64,000 bases of DNA from Sedimentisphaerales bacterium (lineage in GTDB: Bacteria; Planctomycetota; Phycisphaerae; Sedimentisphaerales; SM23-30), in assembly GCA_963666285.1 (NCBI GenBank), contig OY762711.1; one strand, 5' to 3'. The position numbers were made by a program, and so were the translations under genes. The notes below the pieces were generated by a model, which saw only the letters and a list, made by a program, of their open reading frames with translations, was not told the DNA's origin and ran no database searches. This document shows, one piece after another, positions 63,613-64,000 of the stretch. How positions within the stretch are numbered: position 1 is the first letter of the stretch; every line of letters starts with the position of its first letter.

Positions 63613-64000
63613 TTACATAGCACGCTGAATTTCACAGGTAGTAGTTTTAACCAGTTCGTCGAAAGATCGAGCCGGGATAGCAGAAGCCGGTTTAAGCTGT
63701 ACACTTTCGAGAGCGGAGAAGTCAGAAGCATAGAAGCGTTCAACCTGGCTAATGCCGGCATCAACCGGGCCATTGCCGCGATACCCGCTGGCGATCATCC
63801 AGCAGCCGATCTCATTTTCATATTCGGCGGGATAGACCATCGCGATAATATCCTGTCCTTCTGAGTCCCGGGTAAGCTGGAGTTTGACGTTGCATGGCGG
63901 GTTCTGTTCAGAACCAAAGCTTGCGAGTTTATCGAAATCGGCCTTTGCAGATTCTTCGGTCAGGCAATGGAAAAACATACCAGACTCGAGGCGGAACCGG
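63613..64000 (-). CDS. Hypothetical protein, 5' end outside window
   Basis: Frame remains open to the window edge. Confidence 0.6.
   Translation of the reverse strand, partial: RFRLESGMFFHCLTEESAKADFDKLASFGSEQNPPCNVKLQLTRDSEGQDIIAMVYPAEYENEIGCWMIASGYRGNGPVDAGISQVERFYASDFSALESVQLKPASAIPARSFDELVKTTTCEIQRAM

Overview
This is bacterial DNA, most likely from an anaerobic planctomycete (Phycisphaerae/Sedimentisphaerales-like). That is inferred from the DUF1549/1553-DUF1501-PPC trio and dockerin-like C-terminal motifs. The left ~28.4 kb is an AT-richer block with a Group II Mo-nitrogenase system on the minus strand: nifH-nifI1-nifI2-nifD-nifK / nifE-nifN / nifB-fdx-GNAT-nifV, plus a NifA-family activator and an MCP. 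Two plus-strand cassettes split the nif genes into three operons: a Tat-signal TldD with PmbA, and a corrinoid protein + MtaA-like + DUF1638 + histidine kinase + aspartic protease set. Each nif operon has a sigma54-like promoter with a non-canonical -12 element (GG-N10-GT) and an equally spaced triplet of palindromic upstream sites. The block ends at a truncated host gene, where strand composition appears to flip. The right half holds an AT-rich two-gene island and a complete IS110/IS1111-type element inserted into a 10-mer tandem repeat, with a circle-junction promoter and a candidate bridge/seekRNA. It also has several dispersed repeat families, housekeeping and carbohydrate genes, and a speD-speE-speD-like polyamine operon behind a long structured leader. 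No rRNA, tRNA or CRISPR array was recognised. All calls are by eye from motifs; no database searches were run.
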